Virus record (IMG/VR): IMGVR_UViG_3300032270_001615
Coordinates: 1 to 64,000 of that record
From: a virus
Taxonomy: Duplodnaviria > Caudoviricetes
DNA length: 64,000 nt
Direction: 5' to 3' (one strand)
The first letter of the stretch is position 1; each line of letters begins with the position of its first letter. Below are positions 27,474 through 35,823 of the stretch, piece by piece. Made by a program: the position numbers and the translations under genes. The notes beneath the pieces are model-generated. The model made no database searches. It saw only the letters and a list, made by a program, of their open reading frames with translations, and was not told where the DNA came from.

Positions 27474-27508
27474 TTGCAATTGCCCCCTATAGGGGATATA
27501 CTGAAATT

Positions 27509-27733
27509 ATGACAACAAGAATCACCCAAATCAAAGTAGACCTAGAACTTGTTCCACTGAACGAACGCAAAGGAATGCCTTGTGCAGTTCTCGTGCATGG
27601 AACAACTGTAGAGATTTGGTTTCGCTCGCCTACTGGCGACAGTAGCGACAGCCACATCTTCAGAATGCCTTGCCTCTCAGAGAATCAGGCAGAAGTCATT
27701 GCGGAAACTTACAGATTAGTCTTCGCCCTGTAA
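27509..27733 (+). CDS. hypothetical protein (leaderless start)
   Basis: TATACT 6 nt before the ATG. Confidence 0.55.
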   Translation: MTTRITQIKVDLELVPLNERKGMPCAVLVHGTTVEIWFRSPTGDSSDSHIFRMPCLSENQAEVIAETYRLVFAL

Positions 27734-27907
27734 AGGTTGTCCCATGGGCTTGGGATGCGCCCCCCGCTCCCAAGTCCTCGGGTCAGAATTCTCGTCCCAT
27801 TCCTCAATTGGTATTAGCCGATTCGGGTCAGGTGGTGGGATGTTTCTAACTTTCTTGTCCCCGCTGCACTTGAAGCCCCGTATTCGGTCAGGCTTTTGGT
27901 TTGGCAT
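27716..27907 (-). CDS. hypothetical protein
   Basis: End of the minus-strand operon. Confidence 0.4.
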   Translation of the reverse strand: MPNQKPDRIRGFKCSGDKKVRNIPPPDPNRLIPIEEWDENSDPRTWERGAHPKPMGQPLQGED

Positions 27908-28385
27908 TAGCCATCAACTCATCAACAATCAAGCGAGAGTACTTTCTACGCAGTCGCCAGATCTTTCCGTTGAGGTCTTGCATCGCAACCGTATCTCGTG
28001 CTTTGCTCGCAATGTCATCATCGTAGATGTTGTACTTCTTGAAGAGGATCTCGTCCAAGTCGGGGCTCTCTATCAAGATGTCTGATATCCAACCCGCACG
28101 TTTGTCCATCGTGATCATCAGTTCACACAAGCCTTCGTACCCGAATTCGCTATGAATCTTGTTCACAACCATTTGACAGTAGTGTTTACGGTAGGTTGCT
28201 TCGGCGTCGTTTGCGCCTTCCATGAAGTTAGCGACAAACTCCGATAGTTGAGCCCGTGTTAGGTCGTCCATTTCCTCGTTGTCAGGATTGTTTGGATCAA
28301 AGAAGTCGCTCACAATATCAACCCATTTCTGAATGCGTTTACTGCTTTCATTGTCTTTCTCCATTATTCCACTCTTGTCTGTCAA
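27888..28385 (-). CDS. acidic hypothetical protein
   Basis: Coupled to the DUF932 gene. Confidence 0.6.
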   Translation of the reverse strand: MTDKSGIMEKDNESSKRIQKWVDIVSDFFDPNNPDNEEMDDLTRAQLSEFVANFMEGANDAEATYRKHYCQMVVNKIHSEFGYEGLCELMITMDKRAGWISDILIESPDLDEILFKKYNIYDDDIASKARDTVAMQDLNGKIWRLRRKYSRLIVDELMANAKPKA

Positions 28386-29401
28386 ACCAAGGACAGAATA
28401 ATCTCCTGTGCAGTTGCTTTCTTACGAGTTACCCACGAGTTGTAGTCCATTGATGCGATAGCGCGCTCCTCTGGCTTGGCGTCCCGATAATGATCCAGGT
28501 ACTCAACAACGGTGTTGTATGCAGACCAGCCATTGAAACCAAACCCGCCAGCATTCTTTTCGTTCAAGAACAGGGAGCGGATGACTGTGTGGATTTCCTC
28601 ACGGTTTTCTTTTTGACGCTGTGATTCGCCATTGCGCTCAGGGAAAGTTCCTTCAATAATCTTTGTCAGCCGCTGAGAAGATTGCGGGACATTGATTGCC
28701 AGCAGAGCTTCGGCGTTTGCTTTGAAAGCGTTAGCCCACTCTGTTGATAAGTTCAAAACTGTCTGTGCATCTTCAATTGCTGAATCAGCATTACGAGTAT
28801 GCCGTGCTGTGAACGTGGATCTGGCTGCCGATAGCCCCGCCATGACCGTGTTCTTGCAGACCGCACGGATTGATGTATTCGCATAGGTGATTGGGGTGCG
28901 ACCATCATGTCCGTTTCGCACAAGCATGTAACGCTCAATCTTGTCGTTGATACCAGTTGGGTCAATAATCAAACCGCCCAAATCAAGGCAGGCAAAGAAC
29001 TCACGACCTTCGTCAAGAACGCCACATGTGTCTACGACTGCGTCGCCTTTGGAAGCGCCAACTACATCCAACGCACGGTTTAGGCACTCACGGTTCTGCT
29101 GAACCACGAATCGTGTGCCAACCGTAGAGAGCCCGTCAAAGGTTCCATCAGGATTGCATCTCACCGTAGCTCGGGAGTCTGAGATGATGACGGGGCTTCC
29201 GTCCGGGTTCCGGATGAAGTTCCCCTCCGCATCTATGGCTGCGACCGATGTAAGTGCAACATCGAAGTCCGCTTCTGCGGCAGCAAGCATCGCCTCTGCT
29301 GTTTGAAGCCCATTCATTTTTGTTCCGAGTCTGTGCCAAGGCACCTCGTTGGCGTAAGCCATCTTTGCTTTTCCGCCCTTTATTTCAATTTGGTGTGCCA
29401 T
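28382..29401 (-). CDS. DUF932 domain protein (phage/plasmid-like)
   Basis: MAH...PWHRLG...NGHDG..T.IRAVCKNT...H...GWSAYNTVVEYLDH. Confidence 0.85.
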   Translation of the reverse strand: MAHQIEIKGGKAKMAYANEVPWHRLGTKMNGLQTAEAMLAAAEADFDVALTSVAAIDAEGNFIRNPDGSPVIISDSRATVRCNPDGTFDGLSTVGTRFVVQQNRECLNRALDVVGASKGDAVVDTCGVLDEGREFFACLDLGGLIIDPTGINDKIERYMLVRNGHDGRTPITYANTSIRAVCKNTVMAGLSAARSTFTARHTRNADSAIEDAQTVLNLSTEWANAFKANAEALLAINVPQSSQRLTKIIEGTFPERNGESQRQKENREEIHTVIRSLFLNEKNAGGFGFNGWSAYNTVVEYLDHYRDAKPEERAIASMDYNSWVTRKKATAQEIILSLV

Positions 29402-29577
29402 TGTTTTCTCCTCTGTATGGATTTATCCAAGTCTACAGATAAATCCGTACGAGAACAACTGCTTCTTGCAGCTAAGTCTTGGGCGGGGCAACTGGATCGC
29501 CTGATCCAGTTGAACCGACCGACCGAGCGCAGCGAGGTGGGAGGCGGGGCTGAAGTCTTCTCCAGGCCCTGAAGGGA

Positions 29578-30297
29578 TTAGTTTGCGTAGACTCGCCAGT
29601 TGGCTAGCTTGCCCTTGGAGTTGTCCATGATGTACTTAGCCACCCGAACGTTGCATACAGGGTCTTTAAGACCTGCCATACGCCCGTTGACCGCATCGTC
29701 TCCACACACAAGCTTCGTAACCGAGAACCAACTTGAGTTGATTTGTAGTAAGCCCGTGTCGTATGACTTGTCCTTGTTCAGGTGGTAGGTCATGTTCCCG
29801 TTTGCATCCCACTTGGCATTTTGCGCCTCAGGTCGGCAACCGCTCTCACGCCAAGCAATATAAGAGAAAACCTCGACTGGCTCAAGCCCATGTTCTTTGA
29901 ACAACGGAATCCATTGAGGACAGCGCTTTGATAGGTCATTGGGAATGTTGTACCCATTAGAACTTTGTTTCGTCACGGTGTCAGGAACGTGCTGGGTTGG
30001 GAGGTTCATCGCTTCAAGCTTCTCCAGATGCTCCCGCCGCGTGATAGCCCCGTAGTTGCCGTCGACACGTACCGTGCCAATGACCTGTTGAAGCTTTTTC
30101 ACCCTTGCACTCGTTTCGTTGAAAGAGTACGAAGCAAGTAGAACCGATTTTGGGGTCGACTCAGACCTCTCGGCGACCATCGCTACCACTGCTAGCGGCT
30201 GAGCGAAGACAAATGTTTCGGCATTTGTTTGGACTGGAATTACTGTGCCAGTTCCAAGCGTAACTAAAGATGCAAGCCATCCAAAAATGGGTTTCAA
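29578..30297 (-). CDS. secreted peptidoglycan-binding plus SLT-like lytic transglycosylase
   Basis: Signal peptide; LQQVIG..VDGNYG..T; IAWRESG...DTGLLQINS. Confidence 0.8.
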   Translation of the reverse strand: MKPIFGWLASLVTLGTGTVIPVQTNAETFVFAQPLAVVAMVAERSESTPKSVLLASYSFNETSARVKKLQQVIGTVRVDGNYGAITRREHLEKLEAMNLPTQHVPDTVTKQSSNGYNIPNDLSKRCPQWIPLFKEHGLEPVEVFSYIAWRESGCRPEAQNAKWDANGNMTYHLNKDKSYDTGLLQINSSWFSVTKLVCGDDAVNGRMAGLKDPVCNVRVAKYIMDNSKGKLANWRVYAN

Positions 30298-30444
30298 TAT
30301 TCTCTCCTGTGTTTGACGGATAGGGCAACAGGTATTTAGTACTTACCTGCCTATGGCATTCACTCGTTATGAGATGTATCTATATTACCAAATGATTACA
30401 CCGAGATCAACTCTTGTTGAACGACGCCGGCTAAAGCCCCGTAT

Positions 30445-30684
30445 TTACGCGGTTTCCTCATCAAAAATGTTTGTTGGAATACCCAAAATAATGAGTCCAG
30501 TGACGTCGCTGACATCTGTAACCCGTAATGAAAGAGATTCCCAAATAACTTCCATAATTTCACGAGATGCTTCTTTTTCGTCTTGAGTTGGAACGTCATC
30601 CTCAGACCCAAGTTCAACCAACACATCTGTAATGAATTGTTTCACAGCAAGTGTTGCTTCCGCTTTGCTCAATTTCTTAGCCAT
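30445..30684 (-). CDS. small acidic protein
   Basis: 79 aa, AGGAG RBS. Confidence 0.55.
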   Translation of the reverse strand: MAKKLSKAEATLAVKQFITDVLVELGSEDDVPTQDEKEASREIMEVIWESLSLRVTDVSDVTGLIILGIPTNIFDEETA

Positions 30685-30871
30685 TGTTCTCCTCTTTTCT
30701 GTTCATGTACTCTGCTCGTTCCAAGGACGTAAGTATATTCTTGTACTCGGTCTTCGACACCGCATCGCAGTCCCGTTGTGCTCGAAGCTGCTTGATGCCT
30801 TCACGCAATATCTGTAATTGGAAGTCAGTCAAATTGATTTTATATTCCTTGCGTAGGGACATGCTTGACAT
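30677..30871 (-). CDS. hypothetical protein
   Basis: 64 aa, coupled to the next gene. Confidence 0.45.
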   Translation of the reverse strand: MSSMSLRKEYKINLTDFQLQILREGIKQLRAQRDCDAVSKTEYKNILTSLERAEYMNRKEENNG

Positions 30872-30925
30872 CCTAGCGTGTACTGATAGAGTGTCGGCGT
30901 ACCCAATTACGAGAGTAGGAGAAAT

Positions 30926-31372
30926 ATGAATAATTCACCAATTACTATCAGCGGAAACGTTGTTAGAGATCCTGAGTTACTAACTCTGTCAAACGGATCA
31001 CAAAAACTGTCATTCGCAGTTGCCGTTAACCACAGTTACACAGGTAAGGATGGCGAGAAAGTTGAGAACACCTCATTCTTTGATGTGCAGGCTTGGCGTT
31101 ACCTCGCAGAGAACAGTGCAAATGTCCTTGAAAAAGGCATGGGCGTAATCGTTAGCGGTCGCCTTGAACAGCGCTCATGGAAAGATGAGAAGACGCAAGA
31201 GAATCGCTACAAGATTGAACTTGTTGCAGATGAAATCGGCATCCTCACACGATCAGTTGAATCAGTTGAACGTCGTCGTGCTGCCGCTGGGACACCGAAC
31301 GCCGGAGCTGTTGTAGCCCCGAAACGTACGAAGCCATCAGCACCACAAGTACCTGCTGACGAACCATTCTGA
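30926..31372 (+). CDS. ssb: single-stranded DNA-binding protein
   Basis: GNVVRDPEL...FAVAVN...GRLEQRSW; C-terminal DEPF tail. Confidence 0.95.
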   Translation: MNNSPITISGNVVRDPELLTLSNGSQKLSFAVAVNHSYTGKDGEKVENTSFFDVQAWRYLAENSANVLEKGMGVIVSGRLEQRSWKDEKTQENRYKIELVADEIGILTRSVESVERRRAAAGTPNAGAVVAPKRTKPSAPQVPADEPF

Positions 31373-31395
31373 TTCGTTAACAACTAATTAGTTAG

Positions 31396-31440
31396 AAGCC
31401 CCCATTAAGTTCTGGCAGAGACCCGAACATGGGGGCTTTT
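31396..31440 (+). terminator. intrinsic terminator after ssb
   Basis: aagcccccat/atgggggctt stem followed by tt. Confidence 0.6.
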
Positions 31441-31512
31441 GATTATTATGCTCGCTTCGCTCGCACCCCCGCGTCCCCAGGACGCGAGGGCCCCGTTATT
31501 TTGGATCAATAG

Positions 31513-31929
31513 ATGAGTACAGAACACAGAAAAGCTCCAAGAAAGAAAATCTTAGAGATACGCAAAACTGGCACATGGGGAAATGTGCAGTACGTTCATA
31601 TACTTGAGTGCGGGCATTCAGAGAACAGAGCCCGTGCTTCATCTGCAAAAGAACTTGCTTGCGTGATGTGTCTGCGCATGAAAGCAAAAGAGATAGAGAT
31701 GACTTCTCTCTCAAACCCATCGGTATTCGATGAAAGCTATGACACAAATGTAAACATAAAAGAAACTCGTGCACAAATGATTCGTGCAGGGATTGCATCA
31801 AGTTTAAAAATATCTCACGAAGCGATAGATGTTGTCATGAGAGATGTAAATGGAAATTTAGAAATTTCTTCTGTTGTCCTCTTTCTTTCTGCAACTGAAG
31901 CCTCTAGGATTGCGGGACTCGCGAAGTGA
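31513..31929 (+). CDS. hypothetical protein
   Basis: 138 aa; LECGH...CVMC. Confidence 0.6.
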   Translation: MSTEHRKAPRKKILEIRKTGTWGNVQYVHILECGHSENRARASSAKELACVMCLRMKAKEIEMTSLSNPSVFDESYDTNVNIKETRAQMIRAGIASSLKISHEAIDVVMRDVNGNLEISSVVLFLSATEASRIAGLAK

Positions 31930-31941
31930 AAGGACCTCTCG

Positions 31942-32304
31942 ATGACCGAAGGAATAATGCCACCAGAAGGTGGAGCCTGCAAAGGAAAGCCCGTTGAATG
32001 GTGGTTTCCAGTAAAGCTTCCATCAATGAACAGAGCACAAGTTGCCGGCTTGAAAGCATCTACTGCAGAAGCATTGAAGATTTGTGAAGGATGCTCAGTA
32101 AAAGATCCTTGTCTCGACTACTCACTTGAGTGGGAGCCCATGGGAATTTGGGGTGGTTACGCAGAAGGCGAACGACACTACATACGTAAAGAACGAAACC
32201 TAAAACTCATGCGCGACGCCCGTGTGCTATTTGAGGGACAAACAATTCGTCAGATCCGCAAAGAGGTTGAGCAGCAAAAGAAAATGATGCAGGCGAATGG
32301 CTAA
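31942..32304 (+). CDS. whiB: WhiB family transcription factor (3)
   Basis: GACKG...CEGCSVKDPCLDYSL..MGIWGG. Confidence 0.85.
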   Translation: MTEGIMPPEGGACKGKPVEWWFPVKLPSMNRAQVAGLKASTAEALKICEGCSVKDPCLDYSLEWEPMGIWGGYAEGERHYIRKERNLKLMRDARVLFEGQTIRQIRKEVEQQKKMMQANG

Positions 32305-34126
32305 TCACGTTCCCATTCACGTAGACAATGTGCTCGGTCGTCTTGACGGCGTGCGCCCAAACGGATCCGGATGGCAAGCTCAATGCCCGTGTCGTAATGA
32401 TGATGACAACCCGTCACTGTCTGTGGGTATAGGCCAAGAGGGTCAAGTGCTTTTCTTCTGCCAACGAGCAGGTGGATGCGATGCACAAGAGGTCTGTTCG
32501 TCTCTCAGCCTACGCATGAAAGATTTGTGGCCAGAATCCGGTGCTGATGCATATGTCCCGCCTTTGCGGCCAAAGACCAATAGGGTAGATGTCGACATGC
32601 CTTCTGAACCCAAAGAGCCCGATAAGTGGAAAGAGGTTGAGACCTACGACTACACGGACAGATATGGCACATTGCTTTTTCAGAAAGTGCGCCTCGTAAA
32701 TCAACACGGAAAGAAATCGTTCCGTCAGAGGAAGCCCGATGGCAATGGCGGTTGGGACTACAAAGTATGGACCTACGAAGATGGAGAAAAAACTGGTCCA
32801 CCTCAGGTTTTGTACAACTTCCCTGCTGTGGTACAGGCTGTAAATAACAACATACCCGTATGGGTTGTTGAGGGCGAGAAAGACGCAAACACTCTCATCC
32901 GTTTGGGTTACGTAGCGACAACCATGACTGGTGGCGCTGGTAATGGAAAGTGGCTTGAGATACACACGCTCGCACTTATGGGTGCAACGGTAGAAGTAAT
33001 TGCAGATAACGACGAACCTGGTCGGCTTCACGCAGACAACATTAAGAACGACCTTGAAAAAGCGGGATGCGATGTGCAGGTCTGGATTTCTGAAACACAC
33101 AAGGACATTACGGACCACTTGAGCGCTGGTAATGCGATGGACGACTTGGTCCCGATTGAGGAGTACGGCAGCGGAATGGTTCCAGTTGCAGAGGCTTCCG
33201 TTGAAGAGGTTGAAGCACAGTCCCCGTCAACCCGTGCCATTACTGACCTACGTGCCTTATTGGAAGATGAGACGCTTTCTGATGCACAAAAGATTGCCAA
33301 GTCAAACAGGTTGCTGTCAAACGCATTTACTGACATACCACTTGACGCTGGTCGCTTGGTTGTTTGGGAAGAATTCCTTAAAGAAGCAGAGTCTGATACC
33401 TATGACTGGGCAATACCGGGACTTCTTGAACGTGGTGAGCGCGTGATCGTGGTCGCCGCTGAAGGTGTTGGTAAAACAATGCTTGCACGACAAGTCGCAA
33501 TCCTTGCATCTGCCGGAATGCACCCGTTTACCTTTCAGAAGATTGAACCAGTAAAGACACTTACGATCGACCTTGAAAACCCTGAGCGAATTATTAGGCG
33601 CGCATCACGCAAGATCATGAGCGAAGCAATGAAGGCTGGTTACATACGCAACCCACAAGCGCACCTATTAACCAAACCATCAGGACTTGATTTGATGAAG
33701 CAAGAGGACCGTGCAATCCTTGAGCGAGCGATAGATGAAGTCAGACCGCAATTGCTGTGTATCGGACCTTTGTATAAAGCGTTCGTTGACCCAGGTGGTA
33801 GAACATCAGAATCTATTGCGGTGGAAGTTGCTAAGTACTTGGACTCGCTGCGAACCATCTACAACTGTGCGATGTGGATTGAACACCACGCCCCACTCGG
33901 CACTTCGATTACTTCTCGTGACTTGCGCCCATTCGGTTCTGCAGTATGGTCTCGCTGGCCTGAATTCGGAATCTCTTTACAGCCAGACCCAACAGCAGGT
34001 GGTGCCTATGTGTACGATGTGCGTCACTTCCGTGGTGCCCGTGATGAACGCCCGTGGCCTACGAAAATGCGACGTGGGCTTAGATTCCCGTTTGAGGTGT
34101 TAGATTATATGAAGGTAACAACATGA
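32297..34126 (+). CDS. primase-helicase (zinc finger + TOPRIM + RecA-like AAA helicase)
   Basis: CPCR; VVEGEKDA; ADNDEPG; AAEGVGKT; RGAR. Confidence 0.9.
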   Translation: MANHVPIHVDNVLGRLDGVRPNGSGWQAQCPCRNDDDNPSLSVGIGQEGQVLFFCQRAGGCDAQEVCSSLSLRMKDLWPESGADAYVPPLRPKTNRVDVDMPSEPKEPDKWKEVETYDYTDRYGTLLFQKVRLVNQHGKKSFRQRKPDGNGGWDYKVWTYEDGEKTGPPQVLYNFPAVVQAVNNNIPVWVVEGEKDANTLIRLGYVATTMTGGAGNGKWLEIHTLALMGATVEVIADNDEPGRLHADNIKNDLEKAGCDVQVWISETHKDITDHLSAGNAMDDLVPIEEYGSGMVPVAEASVEEVEAQSPSTRAITDLRALLEDETLSDAQKIAKSNRLLSNAFTDIPLDAGRLVVWEEFLKEAESDTYDWAIPGLLERGERVIVVAAEGVGKTMLARQVAILASAGMHPFTFQKIEPVKTLTIDLENPERIIRRASRKIMSEAMKAGYIRNPQAHLLTKPSGLDLMKQEDRAILERAIDEVRPQLLCIGPLYKAFVDPGGRTSESIAVEVAKYLDSLRTIYNCAMWIEHHAPLGTSITSRDLRPFGSAVWSRWPEFGISLQPDPTAGGAYVYDVRHFRGARDERPWPTKMRRGLRFPFEVLDYMKVTT

Positions 34127-34761
34127 GCGACGCTGGCGGAAAAGCCCTAACAAGAGAGTTTCTCTCTGAACGAGATATGCGCATATTCAAGATGCGGCAA
34201 TCTGGCGTGTCAGTGGCGGAGATTGCCAGAAGATTCAGCCTGTCTACCAGCGTTGTCAACAAGGCCGTACAGCGCACTTTAGAGAAGATGAACCGCGAAG
34301 CCCTACTCGCGTACCCAGAGGTCCTTAGAATGGAACTGGAGCGCTTAGACGCCCTTCAGGCAGCCATCTGGCCTATGACTCAGCACAGAAGAGAAGTAAT
34401 GGATGACGGAACCGAAGTTCTGCATGAACCAGACCTCAAAGCAATCCAACAAGTTCTATTAATTGGTGACAGGCGATCCAAGCTTTTGGGCATGGAGCAG
34501 CAAAGCGTGAACGTAAAGGTGAACGTTGAAGGCGAAGTAGGCGTGAAAGCGACACTTGCAGGTGCTCCTGGACTGACACCCGTATCCGCATTTAGCCCTG
34601 AAACGGAAGCCCGCAAGCTTCTTGAACTAATGGGCATATCCGGAGTGTTGCCAGCGGCAACGGTAAAAGAACTACTAGGTGAAGAAGACATTGTCGATGC
34701 TGAAGTAGTATCTGAGAACGCTATTGCAATCGAACAGGAGGCAAAAGAAAATGGAATCTGA
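34123..34761 (+). CDS. HTH protein, terminase small subunit-like
   Basis: N-terminal HTH; ELERLDALQAAIWP...DLKAIQQVLLIGDRRSKLLG. Confidence 0.6.
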   Translation: MSDAGGKALTREFLSERDMRIFKMRQSGVSVAEIARRFSLSTSVVNKAVQRTLEKMNREALLAYPEVLRMELERLDALQAAIWPMTQHRREVMDDGTEVLHEPDLKAIQQVLLIGDRRSKLLGMEQQSVNVKVNVEGEVGVKATLAGAPGLTPVSAFSPETEARKLLELMGISGVLPAATVKELLGEEDIVDAEVVSENAIAIEQEAKENGI

Positions 34762-35077
34762 AACAAACATGGAAGGCAACTGCAACATTCGTGCTGCCAT
34801 GGATAAAGCTGCTGAGACGATGACTCCAACCCGTAGAACGATTGCCAAAGAGGGTGATGCTCCCGTAGGCGCACAACAGTTGATCCGTTGCACCGAAGAA
34901 GAGAAGGACAACTGGAAGACTGTCGCTGCCAATGAAGGAATCTCCGTATCTGAATGGATACGTAACCTCTTGAATAAGGAAGCACACAAGAAGCTCAAGT
35001 GTCAACACCCAGCGGAAATGCGAAAGACCTACGCGTGGTCGGACAAGTGCACCGCTTGCGGTGAGAGACTCAGATAG
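34751..35077 (+). CDS. RHH-like protein with C-terminal CxH/CxxC
   Basis: LIRCTEEEKDNWKTVAANEGISVSEWIRNLL. Confidence 0.55.
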   Translation: MESETNMEGNCNIRAAMDKAAETMTPTRRTIAKEGDAPVGAQQLIRCTEEEKDNWKTVAANEGISVSEWIRNLLNKEAHKKLKCQHPAEMRKTYAWSDKCTACGERLR

Positions 35078-35146
35078 GGCCCATCTAATTTAGAGATACA
35101 TGCACAACTAGCAATCTCTTAATAAGTTTGCTGGCATACTGATTGA

Positions 35147-35326
35147 ATGAAAGCACTAATCACACTCTTTGTAGCAGTTATACCCGTAGTCGCCCTTATG
35201 CATCGCTTCGTTATGAAGTCAGTAGAGAGTTACGACAATTACGGTGACATCTCGCATCAGGCTCGCAGGCTAGATCAGATCAGGTTTGAAACATACGTGC
35301 GCGACCAAGCACAGCGCGTAAGTTAA
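35147..35326 (+). CDS. small membrane protein (59 aa, not in ORF track)
   Basis: MKALITLFVAVIPVVALMHRF... Confidence 0.4.
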   Translation: MKALITLFVAVIPVVALMHRFVMKSVESYDNYGDISHQARRLDQIRFETYVRDQAQRVS

Positions 35327-35823
35327 TCGTTCTTTTTTTGGTTTCTATACCTATCAAGTAGTCTTCTACCCTTAGCAGCCAAAGCCGCTGCATCTTCTGC
35401 ATTTTGCGGAACTGGTTCACCCCAAGCAGCCGCTGATAAAGCAAGTCTTGTGGCTTTGCCATTTTCGTCCTTCATAGGGCCCGATGGGTTTGTGAAGAAC
35501 CTTGTCAAGAACGAACCCTTGCGACGCATCTTTTCTGGTGTGTCAGCAGGACCCATGACACCCGGTTTGAGATTTGATCCTTGAGTGCGCTTAAAGTACT
35601 TGCGACCCGCAGCAGTAAGACCGCCATCTGGATCCTTGAGTGGTTTGCCTTCCTTTTTCTCAATTGGCACGCAATTTGGAACGAGCTTTCCATTCTTGCC
35701 CTTCTTCATGCCGATCATTTCATAACCTTCCCAGCAAGGGGCTACTTTGCTTTGCATGTCATCAAGCTCTAACTGCTGTTCCACCAATTGAAGGTACTCG
35801 TAGTCGAATTCTTCGTTATTCAT
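35323..35823 (-). CDS. DUF6321-like probable virion protein with PCWEGY...NCVP module
   Basis: GGLTAAGRKYFKR..GSNLKPGV...RRKGSFLTRF. Confidence 0.65.
   Translation of the reverse strand: MNNEEFDYEYLQLVEQQLELDDMQSKVAPCWEGYEMIGMKKGKNGKLVPNCVPIEKKEGKPLKDPDGGLTAAGRKYFKRTQGSNLKPGVMGPADTPEKMRRKGSFLTRFFTNPSGPMKDENGKATRLALSAAAWGEPVPQNAEDAAALAAKGRRLLDRYRNQKKND

Noticed and set aside
16440-31460. (C)GAGCG(A/C)AGCGAG-like motifs at about 16441, 29525 and 31446
   Set aside because: They are too short, degenerate and few to distinguish from chance without counts.
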